From: Cyanophora paradoxa CCMP329
Taxonomy: Eukaryota; Plantae; Glaucophyta
NCBI GenBank assembly: GCA_004431415.1
Contig: QPMI01000472.1
Span: forward strand, 221,851 to 285,850
DNA length: 64,000 nt
Direction: 5' to 3'
In this document: positions 23,501 to 34,200 of the stretch, in pieces
Position numbering within the stretch: position 1 is the first letter of the stretch
How the letters are laid out: the number at the start of each line of letters is the position of its first letter
Position numbers and translations under genes: made by a program
The notes under the pieces: generated by a model
The model's input: only the letters and a program-made list of their open reading frames with translations
What the model was told of the DNA's origin: nothing
The model's database searches: none

Positions 23501-26500
23501 ACATTGAGGCCGCGGCAGACGACGCCGGTGACGAGGCCGCCGGCGCAGGCGGTGCTGGAGGGCCCCGACGGGAAGAAGGGCAGGCGGACGAGCGCGTGGT
23601 AGAGCAGCGGGCCGTTCCGCTCGACGCGGCCGTCGGCGGCCATGGCGACGATCGACGCCGCGGGCGGGTACAGGTCCGCGTGCCCAGCCGTCTTGTCCGT
23701 CGGCCAGCTGCAAAAGGAGCCTCAGGCGAGAATCCGAAGCGTGCGCTGCACAAGAGCGCACAGCAGCTTCGTGTAGATCGAGTCGGCGACGTTGGTTTGA
23801 TTAGCGGGGGCGAGGGCGGTGAGGTTGAAGGCGAGGAGGCCCACGCCGTCCGAGAGCGAGCACGTCTGCAGCGGCGGTGAGACGAGAGAATTTGTGTATC
23901 GTGGATGGCCGCTCACCTTGATGATTGGAAGGACCGACACGGGTGGGGCTGCGAGCGAAGAAGGCGCGTCAGAATAGCAATCGCAGTGCGTTTCGCGGCC
24001 CGCGCACTGCGAGCAAACGATGCGAAGAACGCCACGCCGCGGCCCGCGAAAGCGAAGAACTGTGCGCGCAACATAAGCCGTCTCGAACCGCTGCCCTCTA
24101 CTTTCTATCTGCACCCGCTGGTCCTGCAGCAGCAGCGCGTCGAACTACCCGTTGTATGCGCGCTGCACGTCGGCGGCCGCCTGGGCGCCCTCGAAGGTCC
24201 TGCCCGCCGACGCCGGCTCCGCGTCGTAGAAGTCCAGGCAGTTGGTCATGCTAAAGAGGTTCTGCTGGCCGGTCGCGCCGTCGGCGGCGGCCGCGGCGGC
24301 GGCCTCCGATGCCGCGCCGAAGCTCAGCAGGTCGGTCTGCATGGAGGATCGGATCCGACTCCGCGCGAAGGTGGTCAACGCGGGCGCTCACGTGCACTCT
24401 GTAGAAGCGGTCCTTGTAGGCGGCGATGCTCACGTTGCTCCCCTTCGGCTGTGGCGGAGCGTTTGCGAGTGGACCGCGGCGGAGCGGCGGAAGTCTAAAG
24501 CGCACCAGCGGCCGGAAGAGCTGCAGCGTCCCCAGCATCGAAGACCAGCGGTACCTGTGTGCGCGTTAGGAGGCCGCTTCGTCTGACGCGCACGGCACGT
24601 CGCCCTCACTCTTCTTCAGCTTGCGCGGCGAGCACTCCGGAGACCTACCGAGAGAATCAAACATCGAAAGAAGAGGGTCGCCTTGAGTTTCAAGAACGGA
24701 CCGACTCGTAGAAGAACCGCTCGTAGAGCGCCCGGTAGTGCCGAAAGTCGGTGCTGAAGTTTGCCGCGAAGGCCATAAAAGCAAAGGGGTCGGCCGCGGG
24801 GCACGCGCCGGCCGGCCACGGGCGGACGGCCCCGAGCTCTCCAAGACTGCAGCCGCTGTAAATCGAGTTGACGAGGCGCTGGGCGCCGTAGGCCGCGCAG
24901 CCGCCGCCCGTGCAGCCTTTGGCGGGTTTCAGGACGGCGCTCGCGGGTCCGATCAGGTCCGCGAGACCGAGCTCCGTGTAGTTGGCGGGCCACCGCCAGT
25001 CGCTCTGTTGAGAAGGTCGGCTTGCAATCGATCACAGCGTCACAAGTGCACTGGTTTTACCTTGTACGCGGACAAGTCGTTCGGCGGCGACCGGTTGTCG
25101 GGGTCCTTCGCGCAAGCAGCGTAAGCTAGTGGGCTCGAAAGCACCACCACCGCGGGGAACGGGGACCCGTAAAAGCACCACCGCGGGGAACGGGGACATC
25201 GACGCGAAAGCGAACTCGACGGGCCGCGACTTGCCGAGCGATGTCCCGTCGGGCTGCGCTCCGTCAGCAAAGCGCTCGCAGCAGCGGCGGAGCGCGCGGC
25301 GGAGCGCGCGGCAGGCTTTGAAGCGGACCGCGGAGAGGGTCCTGGTCAGCAGGCAGACCGAAGCCTCGAGGTCGTAGTCGCAGTACGCGAAATCCTAACG
25401 CGGCGTCGGCGGTGCGATCGAGCGACGCAACGGGAGGGGCACCTCTTTGTAAAGGAAGACGACCGCCAGGCGGATCTTCGGCGGGCGGCGGGCCACGGGG
25501 TGCGAGGGCAGCGGCGCCGCGAAGACGATGCGCGTGCGGTCGCTGGCGGCAAAGTCGAGCGCCACTCGGCGAAAGGCGTTCCGCAGACGCGAGTCACCCG
25601 GCGGGATGATCGCTGCATGAAGTTCAGTCCGCAGAATGTCGCTGGAACAGAGCGGGCGCGCATGCGCACCGCTCTGGGAAACGATGATCGGCCCCTCCGG
25701 TATCGTCACGGTCTTGGCCGCTGACGCGGGCGACATGGTACCCATGCTCGTCGACGCAAGGGCCGTGCAGGAGAGGCTGTAAGAGCCGCCGAAGGAGAGC
25801 GCGACGGGTACCGCAAGCGTCACGCCACTCGACATCGCGTCCGTCACCAGCTTCGAGGCGCGGTACTGCGGCGAAAATCAGCGGGTCTTTGGTGAGAAGA
25901 AAGCGACGCGTGCACCGGTCCGCCGAAGCCCAGGCAGCGCAGCTCGACGGAGGTGATCGATTTGCCCTTGACAAAGCTAACGAGGGCCTCGAGCCCTTGC
26001 GGCCCCGTTGCGTCTGCCGAGAGAATGCTCGGCGCGGCGAGCGGACTCGACGACGCTGGGCTGCTGCACTCAAACGTCACGTCGCCGTCCACGCGCCCCG
26101 TCAGCGAGTACGGCGACGTGTCCTCCACCGTCTTCGAGTACCTCTGATGAGCGCACGGCGGTAAGCGCACGTCGTAGAGAGTCTCGCACAGCTTCGGACC
26201 CCAATAGAGCCGCAGTCCCACATGGGGTAGGCGAGAAGCATGCCGCCGTTGTGGTAGAGGCCGCTCAGGTACGTGTTCCGAGCGACGTTCTCGTCAGTTA
26301 GATCGCCCGAGGGCCGCCAGATTCGGAACTGGTAGAGGACGGCACCCTTGAGGTTCGGTTGCCCCTGCGCGCGGCCCATTGTCTTCCAGTCCCCAACGCT
26401 GCATCGGGACAGAGCGCGCACCCACTCGTTCGGGCGGCCAATGTAGTTGAGGGCGCGCGACTTGCTCGGGATCGCGCTCGAGCTGATAGTGTCGACCCTT

Positions 26501-27111
26501 ATGCCATTCCGTCGCGACTCGAACGTCCCGTCCTGCCAGTAGAGGATCACGTACGTCCAGGTGTTCCCCTGCGTGGCCACGGGTCGGAGGCGGCGCGCGG
26601 GCGCGAACTCTGTACCCCCACCTCGATCGATTGCGAGTAGGAGTTGAACGCGAAGTAATTTGCGATCCGCTGCGTGCCCTGGAAGATCTGTATCTGGAGC
26701 CCGTAGTTCCCGGAGTAGACCTGCGTTCCGAAGTTCGGCTGAAAAAAGACCGTACGCGTCAAAGCTGGGGCATCTGCGGACGCACGCTGCATGGACCGGA
26801 CGGGCAGAGCGAAATGATCTGCGGGCAGGAGCTATATATGAACAATCGCAGAAAGCTTGCGACCGGCGCGCCGCACGAGGTTGTCGCTGTTGAACTTCGT
26901 TGGGACCGTCGGTGCGTTCCCGAGGTCCAGAATCCTCGCCCCGTTGAGCTGAGGGGCGGTGACTCGTATCCTACGGTAACTCATCGGCCCGCATAAATCA
27001 TGTCAAAAAGAACGGCGGCGCACCAGAACTCGATCGCCAGCCGCGGCCCGCTGCCGAATGTCAGGGTGGGGATCGTGATGGAGGGCGGCCCGTTGTAGTT
27101 GAAGGTCGCGC
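14570..27111 (-). CDS. Large multi-exon host cell-surface protein: LamG-like region, many Cys-rich CxxCPxG (GCC2/GCC3, ephrin-receptor-like) repeats, a TM helix and a cytoplasmic tail; may be more than one gene
   Basis: Repeated CEACPPGH, CASCPLNA, CPAGSY, CIPVPPGA segments in shifting frames separated by short GT(GCGC)...AG introns (e.g. ~18620-18673); TM IFAVVAGAAGGAVLLVGLLMACYI at ~16245-16320. Confidence 0.7.
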
Positions 27112-27154
27112 CTGAGCCGAACAAGTAAACAAATTAAACTTAAAGGGACTGAAA

Positions 27155-28258
27155 ACACATAGTAAAATGCGGAGTTTTAACCCTCGGCTTAATCTTAATT
27201 GATTTTGTTGATATATCTCGTATATTCTATTTCAATCAATCGTTAATCTGTGTATATCTTATCGAATATTCATTTATTTCGTTTATTTTGTATTCTTTTC
27301 GATATTTTATCGTAAATTTCTCTTATTTTCCGATTAGTCTTACTGAGTCTATCGATAATCTGTATATATTTCCGAATAATATAACTGAATCTCAATTAGA
27401 TCTTGCCTCTGGTTAAAACTCCGCATTTTACTATGTGTGATTGGTCTAAAAGTTAATTGATTTAATCGATATTATATTCATGTACTTTCTCGATTAAATT
27501 TAATTAAATTTAATTCATTTAATCGGAAATATATCGCTAAACTCGATTAAGATCCATAAATGATTCATTTGTTTATATTAACAAATCGATCTCTTATTGA
27601 ATCCAATCGTAATTATACATGAAACTTATATGATTTTATCATTGTTTTGTTGAGTCTAAGGGGGACCCTTAGGATTTTGGGTGTGACAGGTGTGACAGGT
27701 GTGACAGGTCAATCCCAAGGAAAGTCCTAGTGAGAAATTGATTTTTAAAATCCACGGGATAAACCTGTCACACCTGTCACACAAACCATATTCAGTAAGG
27801 ACCTCATATATTGTGAAAATCTCAGTGTTAGTTGGTGTTAAATCTTTCAGGCAGCATTTATTTGTCAGGCATTAAATCTATCGATTTTCATAAAGTATTT
27901 TATTTTGGCTAAGTCATTGTTTGGATCAACAATGAAATTTGAATTATAGAAAAGTTTTCTAAAAAGGTGCCTGACAATGCCTGACATACTATATAAGTGC
28001 CTGACAACTATATTATAGTGCCTGACAAACCATATATGGTAATACTATATGATATCTTCTACTTTCTCAGTGTTAGTTGGTGTAGTTGATTCAAAAAATG
28101 CATTTATACTCTGATTCATTGTTATTTCCTGTGAAATTTGAGTCAACTCAACCCACTTAGTCAACCCTTGCATTGAATTCGTAACAAAATCCATATACTA
28201 TCGATTAATATGAGTCAACCTTGAGTCCACTTTAATAATAGGGGGAATCTTGGGGATA
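27155..28258. repeat. Left TIR of copy B (terminal cassette 27155-27438; extra CCTGACA module ~27840-28065)
   Basis: Reverse complement of 7296-8063 and, imperfectly, of 53945-55123. Confidence 0.88.
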
Positions 28259-28456
28259 TGTTGGGTTTTAGTGTAATGAAATCGAATAGTATTCGAAATA
28301 CTTGACATTGCTTAATGTAGGGTGCATTCATATTTCGGCTACATTATACAGTAGAATGTCTATTGTAAACAATGTCCGGAATCCGGAAAATAATCATTGT
28401 AGAAAGCTATTGTAATAAAAAAGATAAATTACCCTGTTTATCATTATAGAAACCCA

Positions 28457-28855
28457 TTAAAACGGGAATCTATCATGTTTATGTCTCTCAGTCTTCTCAA
28501 ATGTGAGGAAATTCATTGTTTTATCGATCTCATCTGCAACTGATTGTGTTTTATGCTGAGCTTCTTTACCACAACTGAATATATCAATTGCTAACATGCC
28601 TTCATTGGAATAACAATGAGCTGTGCAATGGCTTTCATCTAATAGCAGAACCAATGCAAAACCAGGAGGTGATACTTTGCCATCAAATATCTCACAGTGT
28701 TTATGAACAATCCTAATACCTTGTCTCAATATAGCTTGTTCAAGGGTTCCCATAATCCAATTACCTAGGAAGCTAACATGCTCATGTCCTGTTGCAATAG
28801 CTGATTTAGCCTTGTAATCAAGCATAACATGAAAGCCTCTGTATTGAGTCTCCAT
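28457..28855 (-). CDS. speD: S-adenosylmethionine decarboxylase proenzyme homolog
   Basis: VLLLDESHCTAHCYSNEGMLAIDIFSCG core identical to 9929-10330. Confidence 0.88.
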   Translation of the reverse strand: METQYRGFHVMLDYKAKSAIATGHEHVSFLGNWIMGTLEQAILRQGIRIVHKHCEIFDGKVSPPGFALVLLLDESHCTAHCYSNEGMLAIDIFSCGKEAQHKTQSVADEIDKTMNFLTFEKTERHKHDRFPF

Positions 28856-28884
28856 TAAGAATACCTTAGAAAAATTAATTAAAC

Positions 28885-29157
28885 CTAATCGAACCTAATG
28901 CAAACATCCCTATATTCTACAGTGATTGATGAAGTAGCCCTTTTCCTATAAGCCTGAGAATGTTTTTTGTTGCATTCCCTACACCCTGATCCCTTCACAT
29001 GATTAAAGGGATATGTCAGGATCACCTTGTTACACTGCAAACATCTAACAGATACTTTCTCTTGAGCTTTGATGTAATGTGTCTCACTGTAATCGAATTT
29101 ATCTTTACCATGGACTGTCATAGCAGCATCTATAAACTTTTTCGTTTTACTATCCAT
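28885..29157 (-). CDS. Small Zn-ribbon protein (DUF723-like)
   Basis: HGKDKFDYSET..CLQC..HVKGSGCREC. Confidence 0.75.
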   Translation of the reverse strand: MDSKTKKFIDAAMTVHGKDKFDYSETHYIKAQEKVSVRCLQCNKVILTYPFNHVKGSGCRECNKKHSQAYRKRATSSITVEYRDVCIRFD

Positions 29158-29179
29158 ACTCTATATATAATCAACATTC

Positions 29180-30013
29180 TTATGGAGCAGTATCCTGCCC
29201 AAAAATGGGGAAATATCGATTTGTCCCATAGTATTCAGCATAGGTATTCTGCTTTGCAATAAAATCGGTTCTCTCTGCAAACATCACACACTTGTAGATA
29301 CCAAACTTGGTGGCTCTCACTAAGAACTGATAGTCTTCCAAACCGAAATTGACTCCATGATAAGCAATTCCGAAATTATCATATGGGGTGATCACTACTG
29401 CAAAGTTGGGAGTTCCACCTTCAACTTGGCATACAGCATAAACATCTGGTGGGATATCCACAACAACCTTGTAGTGATCACCAATCTCAACAAGAGAGTC
29501 TACTACTGCTGTTTGTTCATTCACAACAATGGGGAATATCTTGATTATATAGGGGGCATTCATGCTGGGGACATAGGTTCGAATTCTTGTATTGGGATCA
29601 ATGGGATTGGGTTGATCATTCACAAATAGAGGCGCTCCAACAGCCCCACCAACCCTAAGACCATCACCAATATATGCTCCCCCCGATTTGCAGTTAATAG
29701 CTCCCGACCTAGATTCAAAAGAATAAGTAGACAGAGGATCTCCATAGCTATCTGGGTCTCCATAATGAGCAGAAAAGTTTGCATTTGTGACAAGTAGCTT
29801 AGTTGTCTTAACTATTCCATTATTTTTATCACATCTGAGTTCCTGTAATCTCAGCTTGTGGGTGGAACCAAATGTATTCATTGTAGGTTGGACCTCTGTG
29901 GATTGGAGACCCTCAACATCATCAAAAGTAGCATGCTGCAGAACATGGTTTGCTGGTGCAGCTAATGAAAGCTGAGGTGTAATAATTCGTTCAAGTGGGG
30001 GTTGCTCAGCCAT
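29180..30013 (-). CDS. Hypothetical putative virion/fibre-associated protein, paralog of 30037-30881
   Basis: Shares ELRxDKNxGxVKTTxLLVTNANF with its neighbour. Confidence 0.8.
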   Translation of the reverse strand: MAEQPPLERIITPQLSLAAPANHVLQHATFDDVEGLQSTEVQPTMNTFGSTHKLRLQELRCDKNNGIVKTTKLLVTNANFSAHYGDPDSYGDPLSTYSFESRSGAINCKSGGAYIGDGLRVGGAVGAPLFVNDQPNPIDPNTRIRTYVPSMNAPYIIKIFPIVVNEQTAVVDSLVEIGDHYKVVVDIPPDVYAVCQVEGGTPNFAVVITPYDNFGIAYHGVNFGLEDYQFLVRATKFGIYKCVMFAERTDFIAKQNTYAEYYGTNRYFPIFGQDTAP

Positions 30014-30036
30014 TTTACATTAAAGGGATATATCTT

Positions 30037-30881
30037 TTATGGGGTTGGGTCATCAATTACATCTGGTTCCGAATAAAACCCTGTAACTGAAAGAGTATCA
30101 GGAGTTACACCTCTAAGAGCTGATACAGCGGCTATATCTGTTCTCAAACCGATAAGAGTTATAGTATATAACCCAATATCTGTAACAAACAAGTCAAAGG
30201 TGAAATTATTATTATAAACACAGTAGCCATAACCGAAATGATTATATCCCTGAACATTGAAATAGTATTTATGACCTACTTGATTGTTGTTGGCTCTACA
30301 AAGGGAAAGCATTGCAGATGGAATCGCAAGACCTCTCAGTACTCTTTTGGTTCCTTCAATTAATTCCGAGTTTTCAAGAGTAACAGTATATCCAATGTAA
30401 AATTGAATTAATGGCTGCTGTGCGACAGGAGTATATAATCGAATTCGTTGGGGTCTTCAACATTCTGTTCAAGAGTATCTGGGACATCATTATACGAAAT
30501 TGAGGATGAAAGCTGACCTGAAACTCTGCAACCTCCACCAATAAAAGCTCCTCCTGATCTCACAGTAACAGCAGCAGAATTCTTATCGAAATCAAGGGCT
30601 TTCAGATCAACACTGTAAGCATCTGGACCTCCATTAGTAGGTTGGAAGAAGTTAGCATTGGTGACAAGAAGTCGAGTTGTTTTCACCACACCTGAATTCT
30701 TATCAGCTCTCAGCTCTTTAACTCGAATAATCGAATTTTTATCAAAGGAGTTACCATTGGAGTTGGGTCTCTCTGTGGATTCTAAACCACGAACCTCATC
30801 ATTTACTTCATGCTGGCGAAAATGCATTGCAGGGGATCCAAGGGAATATATAGGCAGTTGAACTCGATTATATTCACCCAT
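30037..30881 (-). CDS. Hypothetical putative virion protein (single gene split by frameshifts)
   Basis: ORFs 30408-30881 and 30037-30312 are colinear with the paralog and with 8064-8593. Confidence 0.72.
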
Positions 30882-30920
30882 GGCTTCTTTTACTAAGAAG
30901 GAAAGAAAAATAAACTACCA

Positions 30921-31226
30921 TCAAGCCAAAGTGATTAAATTCGATCCAAGGGATTGGTAAACAGTTGAAAGAACTTGCAGGTTGGATGTCATTGCTTTAA
31001 TGTTGTTATCACACTCATTGTATTTAGCAACAGGGTCACCATATGCAGCTTGAGCAAGGACATTAACCAAGAGGTTTTTATACTCATTTACAACTGGTGA
31101 GAGCTTGTTAGTTTGCTGAATCGTTTTTTCAACTGTTTGTAATGCGTTTACAAGGGTGATTGTATCAAAAGAAAGCGCAACTGGCTCAGTAGAATAGGTG
31201 GTTCCACCAAGAGGATAGGTCGCCAT
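30921..31226 (-). CDS. Hypothetical helical protein (101 aa)
   Basis: ORF tightly packed behind the fibre gene. Confidence 0.6.
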   Translation of the reverse strand: MATYPLGGTTYSTEPVALSFDTITLVNALQTVEKTIQQTNKLSPVVNEYKNLLVNVLAQAAYGDPVAKYNECDNNIKAMTSNLQVLSTVYQSLGSNLITLA

Positions 31227-31229
31227 TTA

Positions 31230-34200
31230 TTATACTTTGACATTTTTAATTTGGTCTATTTGATCCTGTAGATCTTTGCATTTTTGGGACAACTCCTTCA
31301 CAGCTTCAATGAGAACTGGAATTAAACCTGTGTATTCAAGAGATAGGTAGCCATCGTCTTTTTTAACATTAACTACCTCTGGTATTACCTTTTGAACATC
31401 TTGTGCAATTAAACCTAATTTGGTTCCGTCTTTTTCGCTTCCAATTCGTTTAAAACTTACTCCTTCTAATCTCTCGATTGCTGAAAGAGCGCCGGTTATC
31501 TTTTTAATATCTGTTTTGTATCTTCTGTCACTTCCTTGTGTTAAATAATTGTTTATCCACATCCGCCCGTTATGATCGATCCAACAAATATCAGAATCTA
31601 ATTCATTTCGAAATCTTATTGGATAATCTCCCCCTCCTTTCAAATATGTAGAAGTTTGGTTACCGAAATGGATACGATGGTATCCATCACTTGAACTAAA
31701 CCAAGTCCCCACAGATCCTGTTAAGATATTTGGTTTACTATAAACATTATTCCAATGAATATAGCCGGTGTGACCACCATAGCTATGCCCAACCCATATT
31801 TTCATGTAACTTATACCCATAATGTGAACTCTTCCAATCTTTGGTCTAATTCGAATTGTGAGAAATCGATTACCAAGATGTATCGGAACATTATTTAAAC
31901 CACTGTGGTTACCATCAGGCAATGTGGCGTATGGTTGATAACTATTCACTGATGTAATAAAAACTTCATTCCCTTGTCTATTAACTCCCCAAATTTCAAA
32001 AACTCGTGAGCTTACCCAAGGTAAATAAGTTAAAAATGCTGTTCCTGTCAGGTATCCATCGGGAATATCGAAGTCCATCCAAGCGGTAGAAGTTTGGTCA
32101 TCATATTGATCATTATAGACATATGAACCATAATTATAATATGGATCCCATGATGTCCCCCAGTGATAGCTCCAACCCTGAGAACATCTATTAAACTCAA
32201 TTGCTCCTACTGTTTTATCTGCTGTGTGAAACTTTGGGACATCATTACCATTTATTTGGAGTTTGGTAGTAGCATTAATAGTGGGTGCTGTAATAGTGTT
32301 TTTCACCCAAAAGTTACCATTGTTATAAGACTTTAATATTGCTCCATCCGCTGAGTCTCTAAATTCAATTGAGACACCATCACCATTTGGTCTCCCTCGT
32401 ATATATGTGCAATCGCCATTACCAAACCAAATTCGCTCGACTGCATCTGCTGATTTTAACCATGTATTAGTTGTCCATGTTGCGGTTTGTGGGAGGTCTG
32501 CGGCTGAGTAAAATGATGGTTTACTAAATACATTATCCCAAGAGATCATACCAACATCATTATCTGTTGCCCTCTGCCTACTCCAACCAAAAACTCCTGT
32601 GAGATGAATGCGACCTTTTCGACCTTGAACATAAATATACTTGTAAAACTCGCAATTAATTGATACAAACAAGATAGTATTATTTGTCCCATCATGATTT
32701 ACTGACTGTATTCCTTGATAATCGTTTACACGTTTTAAGAAATGCTGATTGTTATTGAGAGTCTGACCATAGATATCAAAATATCTGCCATTATACCAAG
32801 GCATATGCTGAATATAAAATGATTTCATACCTGTGGGGACAGTCCACCTCATAAAACAACCGCTACAATCTTCATCATTTTGTGGTGTTGTATAACATCC
32901 TGTTTGTCCTGTTCTTGGTGTCCACCCTAAATTCCAATTATTTGCGCTTCTATCTGTCGAAACCACATCTAATTGATCGAATTCATAACCTTTTGGAATT
33001 GTGGTTCCACCAATTTGTAAAGTGGTAGCATTTACAGTTCCTGTTACAGTTCCACCTGTGAGAGGTAGATAATTCGCAAGAGCTGATGTTAATTCGGTAT
33101 CTGTAACAAAATCTGTAACAGCTAACTGTAATTCTGTATTTGTAACATAATCTTTGTTTTCTAAATAATCATCTGTAACAACACCGGAAAGGGTTGTATT
33201 GTGTAAGTTTTTCGCCGCCATTCTCTGATTGACTTCTAAGGCGCCACCTGATGTCGTTTTTATCCACGCCATCTCACATTTCCCATGATCGTCTGTGGGT
33301 TGTCCCACAACAGGAAGGTAGTTAACGACTTTCTCCCTTGTGAATACTATTTTAGGTCTTGCTCCATCATATGCGCTTTGATCTGTTACGTTAATTTGAA
33401 TAGCTGCTGAAAAATCCGCTACTTGTCCTGTTTCACCCGGGTGATAATTCGTTACATAGATACTTGGGAAAGTATCATTAACTCCCACATTAAAATCGCC
33501 ATCATAAACTCCATTAACAATTGGATCCCTGGGTAATCTTACTGCAAGAGTTCCCACCATTGGAGTGCCTGTTTGACCTGTAAACGTCCCATTGAGACTG
33601 ACATAATGATCATTCAAATATAACCTTTCAGTTGTATTACTGGATTGGTAAAGTGTTACTCCATTGAAAACATTACCAATTGCATTCAATTGTGAAAATA
33701 CAGGTTGTTCATCTATTTGATTCCATGGGTGTCTGTGGTTGCTATTGGTAATCTCTGAATAATCATGAGTATGTGCAAAATCGGTGATATCTGCTTTAAG
33801 ATGCTGGTGTGCAAAATCGGTAATATCTGCTTTAAGATGCTGATGTGCAAAATCTGTAATATCTGCTTTGAGATGTTGGTGTGCAAAATCGGTAATATCT
33901 GCTTTAAGATGTTGGTGTGCGAAATCTGTTATTTCATTTTTTGTGTGAGTGTGGTTATCAATCCATCCTAAAACTACATTAGATGTTGGGTGATGTGGTA
34001 GAGTTGCATTAGTTGTAACTGTGAGATTATCAATTATCGTTTCTGGTGATGTTATCTTTAATCCTCTGTAAATTGTGAGAGGTTGAGTAATAGGAAATCC
34101 ATACATCTGCTGAATATAATACCTCACTTGCTGTTTTTCTGCTACAGTTAATGCTCTATTGAAAACAAGCAATTCACACATACTCCCATAAACTGATAAA

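Noticed and set aside
25138-25198. Short direct duplication AAAGCACCACCGCGGGGAACGGGGAC
   Set aside because: Only two copies within a host gene; no sign of a larger system.
16684-26996. Numerous plus-strand Arg/Ala/Gly-rich ORFs
   Set aside because: Stop-poor GC-rich shadows of the minus-strand Cys-repeat gene.
27155-27438. 284-bp cassette as an independent MITE
   Set aside because: It occurs only at element ends, in the same orientation relative to the element, without TSDs; kept only as the refuting alternative.
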